From Neolecta irregularis DAH-3 (lineage: Eukaryota): a stretch of DNA of 64,000 nucleotides. A program made the position numbers and the translations under genes. The notes under the pieces were generated by a model. The model saw only the letters and a list, made by a program, of their open reading frames with translations, was not told the DNA's origin and did no database searches. The DNA lies in the NCBI GenBank assembly GCA_001929475.1, contig LXFE01000119.1:1-64000 (forward strand). Direction: 5' to 3'. This document shows positions 1 through 10,330 of the stretch, piece by piece (positions within the stretch are counted from its first letter, which is position 1; each line of letters opens with the position of its first letter).

Positions 1-1353
1 ATATTTTATGAGGATACAGATTCTGATGATCTCTATAGATCTGATAAGGATGCAGAATCTGATGGGAACTCTGGATCTGAGGAAGACTCTGAATCTGAAT
101 CTGAATCTGATGCAGAATCTGATGAGGGCTCTAGGTCTGATGAGGAATTTGTTGACCTCGACACACGTTCTGTCACTCGGTCCTCTCAACACAATACCAC
201 ACCTCTATATCGCAATTCCCAAGATGACATGCCTGTCACTACGATTACTCTGAAATCTAGTCAAATGAATTTTCGCTCTCACACACTCTCCCAACGGACC
301 GAAACTCACAAATCTCATCCGACAAATTTTCTCTCCCAACGGATCGAAGCTCACAAATCTCATCACATAAATTTTCTCGCCCAACATACCGAAATTCGCA
401 AATCCCATCAGATAGATTTTCTCTCCCAACGGACAGAAGCTCACAAATCCCATCAGACAAATTTTCTCTCCCAAAGGACCGAAACTCATAAATCTCATGA
501 GACGAATTTTCCATCTGACACTCTCTTCCAACAGACTGAAACTCGCAAATCTCGTCAAACGAATATTCCCTCATGCTCCCAACGGACCGAAGCTCACAAA
601 TCTCATCAGACAAATCTTCTCTCCCAACATACCGAAACTCACAAATCTCATCAGACAAATGTTCAACGGACCGAAACTCATAAATCGCATGAGACGAATT
701 TTCCCTCCGACACTCTCTTCCAACAGACTGAAACTCGCAAATCTCATCAAACGAATATTCCCTCCCGCTCTTTCTCCCAACGGACTGAAAAAACTCAGAA
801 ATCTCGTCAAACCAAATTTTCCTCACACACGTTCTCCCAACGGACCGAAAACCCCACTGGGCAATTCAACAAGCCTCCAATTGTTGTAGGACCACAAGTT
901 AAGACAAAATCATTGGTTGGAACCATAGTAGAGCTCAAAACTGTCCAAAGAAAACTGCTTCTCTCAAACATGCAAGTCAGGCTAAACTCTCATGAAGCTC
1001 GCGCAAACGCTCATGCTGATGCATATGCTAAGGTCAAAGCATCTACTTTCCAGGGACAAGTCCTAGTGGCCTCTAAACCTTCTAGCGAAGTCAAAGTTCA
1101 AACCTTCCCTGAATCTGACAATGCCGAGATTGTAGTCACCCAGAAACCTTTGAATCCCTTCCCGCAAGATCTCTATCTAGAACCAGTTGGACAGCTCAAG
1201 ACTACTACTCATCCTACTGGCTTTGCATCAGTGGGACAGCGTACTTCACCTACTAGCTTAAGGCGTCCCATTCCTAGTTTCACTGCCGGTTCGATTAGAA
1301 ACAAAATGTCATACCTTGTAGGTGTTGTTTTGCTTGCTGGTCTTATTCTCTAA
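1..1353 (+). CDS. 5'-truncated repeat-rich surface protein: acidic Asp/Glu/Ser tract, 12 His/Thr/Gln-rich repeats, C-terminal hydrophobic (GPI-signal-like) tail
   Basis: Frame 1 is open from base 1 (IFYEDTDSDD...) through the listed ORF 229..1353. It ends in ...AGSIRNKMSYLVGVVLLAGLIL*. Confidence 0.75.
   Translation: MFYEDTDSDDLYRSDKDAESDGNSGSEEDSESESESDAESDEGSRSDEEFVDLDTRSVTRSSQHNTTPLYRNSQDDMPVTTITLKSSQMNFRSHTLSQRTETHKSHPTNFLSQRIEAHKSHHINFLAQHTEIRKSHQIDFLSQRTEAHKSHQTNFLSQRTETHKSHETNFPSDTLFQQTETRKSRQTNIPSCSQRTEAHKSHQTNLLSQHTETHKSHQTNVQRTETHKSHETNFPSDTLFQQTETRKSHQTNIPSRSFSQRTEKTQKSRQTKFSSHTFSQRTENPTGQFNKPPIVVGPQVKTKSLVGTIVELKTVQRKLLLSNMQVRLNSHEARANAHADAYAKVKASTFQGQVLVASKPSSEVKVQTFPESDNAEIVVTQKPLNPFPQDLYLEPVGQLKTTTHPTGFASVGQRTSPTSLRRPIPSFTAGSIRNKMSYLVGVVLLAGLIL
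286..850 (+). repeat. Coding tandem repeat, basic unit 45 nt / 15 aa (LSQRTETHKSHQTNF), about 12 copies
   Basis: ctctcccaacggaccgaaactcacaaatctcat... recurs. A higher-order block (ETNFPSDTLFQQTETRKSxQTNIPS) is present twice. Confidence 0.95.
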
Positions 1354-2559
1354 ATGACTTGGTTCATTCGAATATTATCCCTGGTCGTAAAATGTTTTAT
1401 TAAGAAGAGAAATGTATAGTAGACGTAGCCGAAAAGTTTGTGGGATAGGCATTAAATTTAAAGTGACCCGTCGCATTCTCTTTTGCTAGGTTCTCACATT
1501 CAACTGGGTTGTAAATGAATCTTGTCTTTGGTTTTTGGCTAATGACAAACAAAAGTCTTCCCACGAACATTGAGAAAACAATGACGAATATTTCAAAATG
1601 TACGACTGATCTCGTTCCTTGTTTGATATGATCTTTAGACGTAAAGACAAAAGGTATGAATGGTATAGTAACATGAATGATTTAATATAATATTATAAAC
1701 CATTCATATATTACTATTCTTCTGGTCCACTTTTAAGCTTGTCCATTACTTGAATTTCGAGGCCATTTGGTGGCTGTGGCAGTCCGTTCTATGAAAAGTT
1801 TACCTCCATGGATATTCACATGAGGGTATTAACAACAGACGATCGAAAATTCGCAAATGGTATAATCTTCTAATCAGTACTACCTCTCAATGAATCGCAC
1901 TTGTATTACGTGATCGCCGATGGTGACGGTGGGGATCCTGGACTCCCCACACTATTTAAACGCCTGTCGAACCCTGGCGTCCAGACGACATAAAAATCAA
2001 ATATTCATCGGAAGCTTGAGGCCAAATAAGCGCCAACGTTATTTTATTATTTCCTCATATATACTGTTTACATCTGGAGAGCCACCTCTCTTCTCCTAGC
2101 TCTCAGTACTTATTACTATCTCTTTAGATGCTGCAGAATTATTAACCATGCGTGATCTAACCACCTTACACTCTCGATTGCACCTGTGATAGAACTCAAT
2201 CTGTGATGGAACTTTTTCCATAGCATTTAAAGCTAGGAATTCGGTTGGTTGGCAGTTTACCCATTTCCCCTTTTCACAATTGAATAACGAATCTAGAGTC
2301 TCTAATTGGATTAATTACCAATGGGCTTCCTGGAAACATTGAACGACCCAAACCTCTGAGCAGCAAACAAATAAATGCGGGTATTTTACTGTGAGGGGTT
2401 CCAGATACCCATGGTATTCATACATAAAATGACCAATCATCATGTTAGTTATGCTGACCCTGCATCCCACCTTTACGACCAAAACTTAACTACAATCGTC
2501 TCAACACCAACTTTGTGCGCCAAATCAAGGTAGACAAAGAAATTATAATACAGGGATGT

Positions 2560-3384
2560 TTAAACAACCACCAACTGTCTTCGAAATTCCAGAGCGGAAG
2601 TTTTTCCACTGGCCATATCATCAAGCACACCAAGGAGCTTTTGAATTTTTCGTTGATATAGAGGATCATCCTGTAATTTGCGCCATGAAGCTTTGTATAC
2701 TTGAGTAGCCATTTCAATATAAGCTTCTTGACCGGTTCTAAGGAATGTTTCGATAGTCGTCCAAAACACTTGTTTGCGCATTCCACGAATGGCGTACGTC
2801 AAAAATTCAACCATATTTGTTGGTGGGACAGATTCAGGTTCAAGCTCAATCTTTCGCAGACGCGCAAGTAGATGGTCTTCAACGTGTCGTTCCAATTCAA
2901 AGACTTGAAACCGATGATCCATTCGATAGATTTCGTCGCGGATTTTGAGATATTTCTTTGCAGCGGCTTGACTGTTGTATGTAATCTCCGAGTCAAATTT
3001 TTTACTGACCGTCGACATGCTGAAGAAAACGTCCTGTTGTAGAAATGCTTCATGGTCGTCAATGTACCTATGGACTTTTCGAAACATGTGTTTACAAGTC
3101 AATCCGATGTTTCGTAGGTCTGATAGAGGTAGATGATCGAGGACGAAAAGCCGGAGCTCGGGTATCGAGAGTTGACATATCATGGGTTGCACCGGAGGTT
3201 TATAAGATTCGATTTTACCTATTAGAGAGGATAAAGGTGATTGGTCTTTCAAGCCTTTTGGTTTGCTCCGCGATGGCTCGCTCCATACTTTTCGACGGAG
3301 GGAATTCGGGATACTAAGCCTCTGTAACTGCGTTGAAGCTCTTCGAAGCGAATATCCCGGTGATTTGCTGTTTGATTGGCCCAT
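2560..3384 (-). CDS. F-box domain protein, intronless, with N-myristoylation-like start
   Basis: F-box-like segment LSIPELRLFVLDHLPLSDLRNIGLTCKHMFRKV; N-terminus MGQSNS. Confidence 0.7.
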   Translation of the reverse strand: MGQSNSKSPGYSLRRASTQLQRLSIPNSLRRKVWSEPSRSKPKGLKDQSPLSSLIGKIESYKPPVQPMICQLSIPELRLFVLDHLPLSDLRNIGLTCKHMFRKVHRYIDDHEAFLQQDVFFSMSTVSKKFDSEITYNSQAAAKKYLKIRDEIYRMDHRFQVFELERHVEDHLLARLRKIELEPESVPPTNMVEFLTYAIRGMRKQVFWTTIETFLRTGQEAYIEMATQVYKASWRKLQDDPLYQRKIQKLLGVLDDMASGKTSALEFRRQLVVV

Positions 3385-3568
3385 TACTGATAGGTGTCGT
3401 TAGTTGCTGGAATATCAAATGAATAACAAAGTGGGGGCAGGTGAAAGGAGAAATGGCGTGAAGAGGTTTTATAGGAGCGCCGGGCCAGAATTCCCGATTC
3501 CTCTTAAGTAAGCCTTAGCTTTTTGCTTTTAGGCTAGACTACACTTCCGAAGCCGGTGGAGTTCGCAT

Positions 3569-3602
3569 GACACCGAACACTAAGAGACACCGAACACTAA
3601 GA
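3569..3602. repeat. Perfect 17-bp tandem duplication (gacaccgaacactaaga x2)
   Basis: Directly visible upstream of the F-box gene. Confidence 0.9.
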
Positions 3603-4446
3603 TGAATGTCCTTCTTTGCGCTTTATAAATACCTCTCAAAATTTTATTGGTTGGACACGTTCCTTATAACAAGTTTGTTTGATTATTAAGGATATGACTC
3701 CTATTCAGCGGCTTCTCTGGTGGCTCGTTTTCTCAGGTTAGTTTAGTCTAATTGGAAGCCTTTTCTTGAACTAGCCACTGATCTTCGTCAAGAGCGTGAC
3801 CGTGGCAGCCCAATTATTCCGTTCAGGGCATTGGTGGTACATAAATCGGAGTCAAAATCAGTTTGTTCATTTTGTCTTAACCCCGAACAAGACTGATCAC
3901 CCACTGTACTGAATGAAGTGCGACCATCAAGGTAAAGCTAACTTTTCTCAATTCATATAGAATAAAGCCGATCAATTATTAGGCCTAACACTGACAGCAA
4001 TTGTAAAGAAACGACAAAATAATACCAGGACTAATAGTCTCATTTTCCACGTGATATCGTGAACTTGTTCATCACTCCACCCGTCTCCTAGACATTTTCA
4101 AAATGAAAAGGAGTTTAAATAGGCGCCTTTCGGGATTGGAAATACTACCACTGCTAATTCATGGATTGTGAAATCGAGATTTTGGAGGTGTGATAGTTAT
4201 CCTCGATCACTGCTTCACGTCCGATGATTCGACCAGGGATTCCACAACGAATTCCTCTTATGTTTCTTTTACCGGAAGAATTTTGGGAAGAATGCGAGAC
4301 TGGAAAATTCCGATAACATTCAGGGTATCGGCCCAGCCACAATTTTTGGCAAATTCCTATCAATACCAGTCATGTATCACGTCATCATTTACAGTCTCTC
4401 TCAATAAAGAAGGCGGCCACCTGGTGTTAGATGAACATCACACACC

Positions 4447-5656
4447 ATGATTCACCGAGCTATTTTGGCATTAGCTGCAGCATCGTTGATATCTTGTCTC
4501 CAGACCGGTGACAAGTGTACAGAAAGCCAATGTTCCGGTGACGGTAATAAATTGCTCGCTTTGTGTGATAGAGGGGTGGTCTCTTTACTTGATTGTGGAG
4601 AAGAGTTGGATGAATACTATGGCTTCCGTGCGATCTTCAGCGTAATATATGCTGATAATAGCCCCGGGAAAATTGACGGACGCAAAATGCGACATCAGAA
4701 ATGGGAATGCCGATTGTTACAGCTCTCAAGGAGATGGCTGTGTTTTCCTCTTAGTGTTCCTATTCTGACGATTAGTCGAACAGTATATGGCTACCGCCTC
4801 CGAAGAACTAAGCATCGCCTCTGCCACTCCAGTTTCACCGTCTGATCCAGATGAGACTGATTCACAAGAACACAGGGGCGAGGAACAGATTCCAGCTCCA
4901 ACACCACACTCTGAGCCTCTTTCTAAAAGAGAAGGACTTGCTCCTGGAAATGATGACCAAGACACTACTCTGACTCGACGGAATTATCCTAAATTTCGAG
5001 AATTATCCTCAAAGATAACGGCTGACAACGACAACGACGAAGGAATCACTGATGATACTCCGGACCAAGATGCAACCCTTTCGGAATCAAACCCGACTAG
5101 CACCACTGATTCGCATATACATCCCCGTCGATCTCAAGATTCACACAACGTCCTAGATAAACGAGAACCTGAACATATCGCAGAAGACTACATGAATGTC
5201 GTTTTTACACAATGGTCGGCTCCTGAATTCATTAAACTTTGGAGCCTTGACGTTTCTTCACCTGAAATTCTCGAGGCAGATGATGCAATTTTCAACGAGA
5301 CCCCTTATGATGATGACGCTATCCAGAACTTGGCAGTAACAGGACTCACTGTGGATTCTGAGTTATATCAGGATCGTACACAAGATCTCTTTAGGCGTTA
5401 TGCAGTTGACGCCGAGAATATACCATCTGAGAACGCAATTTCCAGCAAGCAGGTATCTACTCGACTCTATTCCCGAAGCAGCACTAGTACCGACCTAGCT
5501 AATGATGACGATGACAGCATCTTCGATGACAGTCCGGACGAGCAAGACATCCCTGTACCAACAAGTTCGGCCACTGACGTTCCCCTTAAATTTCGCCTCA
5601 TACAAAAACTACAAAAGAAGGACGGGGTCAGTGTTGGGGACAGGCCTCATAAATAA
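4447..5656 (+). CDS. Secreted protein: signal peptide, small 6-Cys domain, long acidic region with dibasic (Kex2-like) sites
   Basis: Signal MIHRAILALAAASLISC. Introns 4628-4661 and 4740-4775 join ORF 4447 to ORF 4787 through PGKLTDAKCDIRNGNADCYSSQGDG. Confidence 0.75.
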
Positions 5657-5988
5657 ACCCAGTACTTCTGATGTCAACCTTCAGTAAGATCGATAAATTT
5701 AGTTCCTTGATTTTTCCACTTTCCCATAGATAGTTTTTACATATACATTTTGCAAAGATTTCTCCACATCGCGTCATGTCGGAACTAGTCAAACTGTCAT
5801 TACTTCGCTGACAATTCCGATGGATCATAGACGGTCAATGGAACACATCTTATCTCTGAATTGGTCATCAACAGTTATTGCCACAAGTGACCTTCTGGGG
5901 GAGTTTCCAAGATCCCCTTAATCATCTCCTAGGGTTAAAGATACTCAAGGAAAATTACGTGAAGTCTGTAACGTGTTGAGCTCTTGTA

Positions 5989-6161
5989 TACAAATAAGAC
6001 TAGGTTATATTCCTTAAACTAAGCTTGTAGATTTATGAGCTTAGGTTAAGGTATGCCTCCCGAGCCTTCATATGCTTCTAGATACAAATGCCCTTATTTC
6101 TTTTCCGCCACTTGATCAATTGGTAAGATATATCCGGTAATACTCTGGATATATCCTTACA
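5989..6161 (+). mobile_element. Dispersed repeat copy 1 (solo-LTR-like; 5' limit uncertain)
   Basis: Shares caaataa..ctagg, ctaagcttgtag and cttatttc..tccgcca..ttggta..tatatcc..taca blocks with 34608-34825, and shares some of these with 47023-47308 (minus). Confidence 0.65.
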
Positions 6162-6689
6162 AAGTCTCACTTTTATTATTGGACCTATATTCCAGTAAGA
6201 GAGGGTAATTTTTGGCTAACTATTTGATATATATGGTTGTTTTTCAGCATATCATCAATCTCAGATAGCCAGGCTAAAGTTTCATGGCTGAATATTACGT
6301 TCAACAAACAATTTTCGAAATGCGCCTTGCTAATGATCTCATTATGGGTGTAGAGCCACTTGCTATCCATCAAGTCGAGTTGCAGCCCAGTTAATGTCCA
6401 TTGCCCATCCGTATCCAGCTGTAATGTGCTATTTTCTTGATGTCAAACTTTGATGTTTACAAGTTCGATTAGATCAAAACCCCGCCCATACCTACATTGA
6501 AGATTTAGTTCATTATCAGACCCAGTGATTTTGTAGCGCGCTCAAAAATGATTTGCATGTTGTATTTCGCCATTCTACATTAAATTCAGACCTATAACTC
6601 GCTTATGGGAATGCGGAGGTCTGGCAGTGCTGATCAACGAATGACACGTCGACTTGGATCTCTTCAGCCCGCTTCATTACATAACCAGC

Positions 6690-7636
6690 ATGAGCGCAAA
6701 ATCTGGGTTACCTCCTACTGAACCACCGGCATACAGCAAAATTGTATCGTTACGTGTTTCGCCATTCACCGATTTGCATGGGAAAAGGATCATACTGGCT
6801 TCTCAATCACCGTGAGCATTCGCGTCGGCTATGAACTAACGCGCCAAGACGACGTATTGAGTTGTTATTACAAATGGTACCAAAGCGTGGGAAAAGGAAG
6901 CATGAATTTATGTGATAGGGACTTGAAAATGTCGAAGTGATTCCCTCTTGTCATCCTGAAAATCTCGATCAATCACATTTTACTCCCTTTGAATACGTTC
7001 TTCAAACAGCTCAGGAGAAGGCAATTAAGGTCTATTCCGAGGAAGCGGTATGTATTGTCATATTTCTCGGTTAATTAGGTCGTAGGGATCGGAGAACGCC
7101 CCTGACTTGGTGATTGCCGCAGATACCATTGTGCTTTCCGGGAGTATCATTCTGGAGAAGCCAGCGAGCGCTGTCGAGCATCTCAATATGTTGAGATTAC
7201 TGAGAGGGAAAGAACATAAAGTATTCACTGGGGGTATCGTTCTTCTTGATGTCTTTGCTTATACTCAAGTTGCTGTCATCGCTCCGTTGGTTGATGCACC
7301 GGTCTACCCTGGATATTCCCTGCAAACGCATCTCGAAGAAACAATAGTTACCTTTTCGAGCGATTTGACGGATGAGTTTTTACGAGCTTATGTGGAAAGT
7401 GGAGAAGCCAGCTCGATGGCAGGTGGATATGGAATACAGGGGCGCGGGGCCTTATTGGTTGAAAAGATCAATGGAGATTATAATAACGTTGTTGGGTATG
7501 ACTTTCGCTGCCATAAGCTGACTGAATCTATAGCTTACCTTTACGAGCCACATTGCGACTGATTGATAACTGTTTAAAAGAAGCCCGGGAAGGACTACAT
7601 CAGGAGGCCGAGGAAACAGGACTGGATAGTGACTAG
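6690..7636 (+). CDS. Maf-family nucleoside triphosphate pyrophosphatase (ASMTL N-domain-like)
   Basis: IILASQSPRR, LVIAADT, AGGYGIQG and GDYNNVVGLPL motifs after removing 5 short GT-AG introns. Confidence 0.9.
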
Positions 7637-7705
7637 ATCGTTATGAAGAACAAGGAGTAGACACCAATAGCCGATTATTTACATGTTTAATATCTGCAAG
7701 TACCG

Positions 7706-8134
7706 TCATGTTTCCATATTCCGGCGGTCCATTTCTTCCAGTAAACGTTGTTTCTCTTGTAATAGCTCTTCTATATGTTCCCTTGCTACATGGATGAATT
7801 TTGGACTCGTAAGATCCATACACACCTGATTTCAACACTCTTGCTTCACTGCGACACACATCTTCCGTAAGGCTAGGTACAACTTGACACAACCGAATAC
7901 TCGCATCTCGAATTTTCTGACGCCTTTGTTGCTCCTAGAATTCAATTAGCCGAGAGAATATGATACAAAGGAAGGTACACTGGCAGTATGATTCGCCTGA
8001 CGTTCTTCGGCAGTAAGAAGCGTCTTTTTCTTTGTTTTTGAGCTAGATGACAAGTATCTCTGACGCTTTGTAGAAGGTGGCGAGGAGGTCGAAATTTCCA
8101 TTGGAGAAGCCACTGATTGTGGAGTTGATAGCAT
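7706..8134 (-). CDS. Small bHLH(-zip) transcription factor, Ino4-like
   Basis: LLTAEERQANHTASEQQRRQKIR...LCQVVPSL...SEARVLKSAREHIEELL after 2 introns. Confidence 0.8.
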
Positions 8135-8662
8135 TATTGGTGGTATTCCAAGTTAAAGGAAACGTTGTTCCATGTGGAGTTCATTGAGTAAGCAGGTGAT
8201 TTTCATCTCAATCAAAAAGCACGCTTTGCCTATCCATCCCAGATTCGAGTTAGATTTATTCCCAGGTGTAGTTAATTGTACTAATTCTAAACATGATACA
8301 ATCGAAATTCAATCGCCAACATTCCCTTGACATCCCCATAGTCTTAGTATCTGAAGTGCTATTCGCACGTCTATAACTATTCTGCTGCTAGCCAAAACTA
8401 TTCTGAAAGCTACGTCCTCCTCTGCCGCACTTTTGTCGTGGATTTTATGAAATCATTCCGTACTTACTTGATTAATTTTATCTGTTACAAGGTGATAAAT
8501 AGCTCTCGATTTCAGAACCAATTATGTAGCTCGATCAAAATAAAATACAAACAGTCAATATGCATCATGAAAGAACCAGTGAACTAGGAGCAAAAAACAA
8601 AATCCCAATTGATTACATGACTTTAAATTCCCGATTTGTAACCATATCGTTTCAAGTTCATG

Positions 8663-9723
8663 CTAATTCTGAGGGCGTAGCGGTATTTCTGAAGAGAATA
8701 TTGAAGTTCCAACTATGCGAACAGAAATGCCATTGTCAAAGTATCCTGCTTCAGCCCAATCGTTGATCTCTTTGATGGAGTATGGCCCATGGATATCCTC
8801 TTGTCCGGGCCTGGTTAATCAACCATCTTGATTCCAATAAAAACATACCATTTGTACTCGTACATATCTTCCTGCTTGTTATCCTTGTCAATCCACTTCG
8901 TTCCTGTCTTGTTGTTGAATTTTCCGATCAATAATTCTCGAGTATCTTGATAAATATCGATATGACCTTTCGCAAATAGCTTGTCTGCTAGTCCAGTGAT
9001 CTTCTCCACCCGTTGCTTCCTTTCCATATCCTTCTTGTCCCCTTTTCCCAACCTTCGTATTCCATTTAGCACTGTTTCCTCCAAGTCCAACATCTCGATC
9101 AATTCACGTAATAGCTCCTCTTCGGTAAAAATCTCAGAGTCGTCATCGTTCTTTTTCAACTGTTTCTCCTGGGCTTCTTTCGCTTTACGAATATCCTTCT
9201 TCGAAATTCCTTCTAACCAAACGTCATGTTTTGCGTTAGGATCACCAACGTTCCTAACAAAGTTCCCCTGTTCATCAAACTTGCCTTCCTCTAGATCATT
9301 CTTCATATTGAAAGCCTCTATTTGTGGGGCATTTCGTTTTTTGCCACTAGGTCCAATTTCTTCATCGGGGACATCATCATCGTCTTCCGTATCAATCTCG
9401 GAAAGCAGATCCTTGGATGACATTTCTTGACCTTGTATTTCATTTATTTCCATGAATCGTACTTTAAGTTTTGTTTCTTGATCCTTGGTACTTTCACCAA
9501 ACATATCTGAATCGTCTGCTTTGGTCTGTTTTGCTTCAGTAGAGCTATCGCTTTCGTAACCGTGCAGTTTGACAGCATTACGGTTCAACTTGGAGGTCGT
9601 TAAATCAGCTTCTAGGAATTCATCTTGTATTCCTTCAGTATTTCTCGATGATCCAACTCGGACTTTTTTAGGTTGACTGAGAATGGACCGCATTGATGGA
9701 GTGGAATGACGTTTTGAAGACAT
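8663..9723 (-). CDS. LIN1: U5 snRNP 52K / CD2BP2 GYF-domain protein
   Basis: IEAFNMKNDLEEGKFDEQGNF and ETVLNGIRRLG; C-terminal WPGQEDIHGPY...WAEAGYF after one intron. Confidence 0.9.
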
Positions 9724-10330
9724 TGGAGTGGCGCGAGGCGTTGTAATATGGAATTAGAGTCTCGATCTGTATTGTAAACCTATGGCCAAATATGTATTCT
9801 GATAAATAACGGATTAACAAAGAAAACAATTCCAGGGGTTTGACTGTAATTTGATGCTATGAGAACAATAAAAGCACCCATCTCACGCTTATAACAAATC
9901 AACGATTCGTGCCTACAGTCCAACAAAATTTTGGTTTTTGCTGCGAGAATCATTTCAATATCGACACAGACTCGCAATATTCAACTTCTGCCCCTAGTAC
10001 TGAGACCGACCTGCCAACAAGATTGAAAAACGGGACTCAGGACACCGTTGTTTCTTTTGATACAAATTGGCCATGCACACAGTAAAACACAGTAAAGCAC
10101 AGGATGTATAGAAAGTGAAAAACCTCAGTGGAAAGATTATTTGGTGTAGCAAAGCAACTGCAGTAGCCACGCAAAACCTCAACGTTTATCCCCGCCTTTC
10201 TCCTATATCTCCATATCTCGCTTGTCTGGAACGGTAATTGTCCTTGCGAGTATATTTTGGACAGATATTTACCATATAGGCAGTCTTCTTCATAAGAGCT
10301 TCTCCACTGCGCTTTGCTTCGTGACAACAC

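Noticed and set aside
286-850. Repeat array as a CRISPR-like structure
   Set aside because: No unique spacers, units keep the codon frame, and the context is eukaryotic.
205-889. Several long alternative-frame and antisense ORFs over the 45-nt repeat
   Set aside because: Shadows of a stop-poor tandem repeat. Only frame 1 extends beyond the repeat at both ends.
1902-2170. TG...CA-bounded 269-bp segment as another solo LTR
   Set aside because: Termini match poorly, there is no target duplication, and I see no clear similarity to the three-copy family.
6185-6445. Roughly 85-codon open frame next to repeat copy 1
   Set aside because: No recognisable homology or complete gene structure.
9780-10300. 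Possible small gene or ncRNA between LIN1 and STT3
   Set aside because: No recognisable motif and no consistent splice model.
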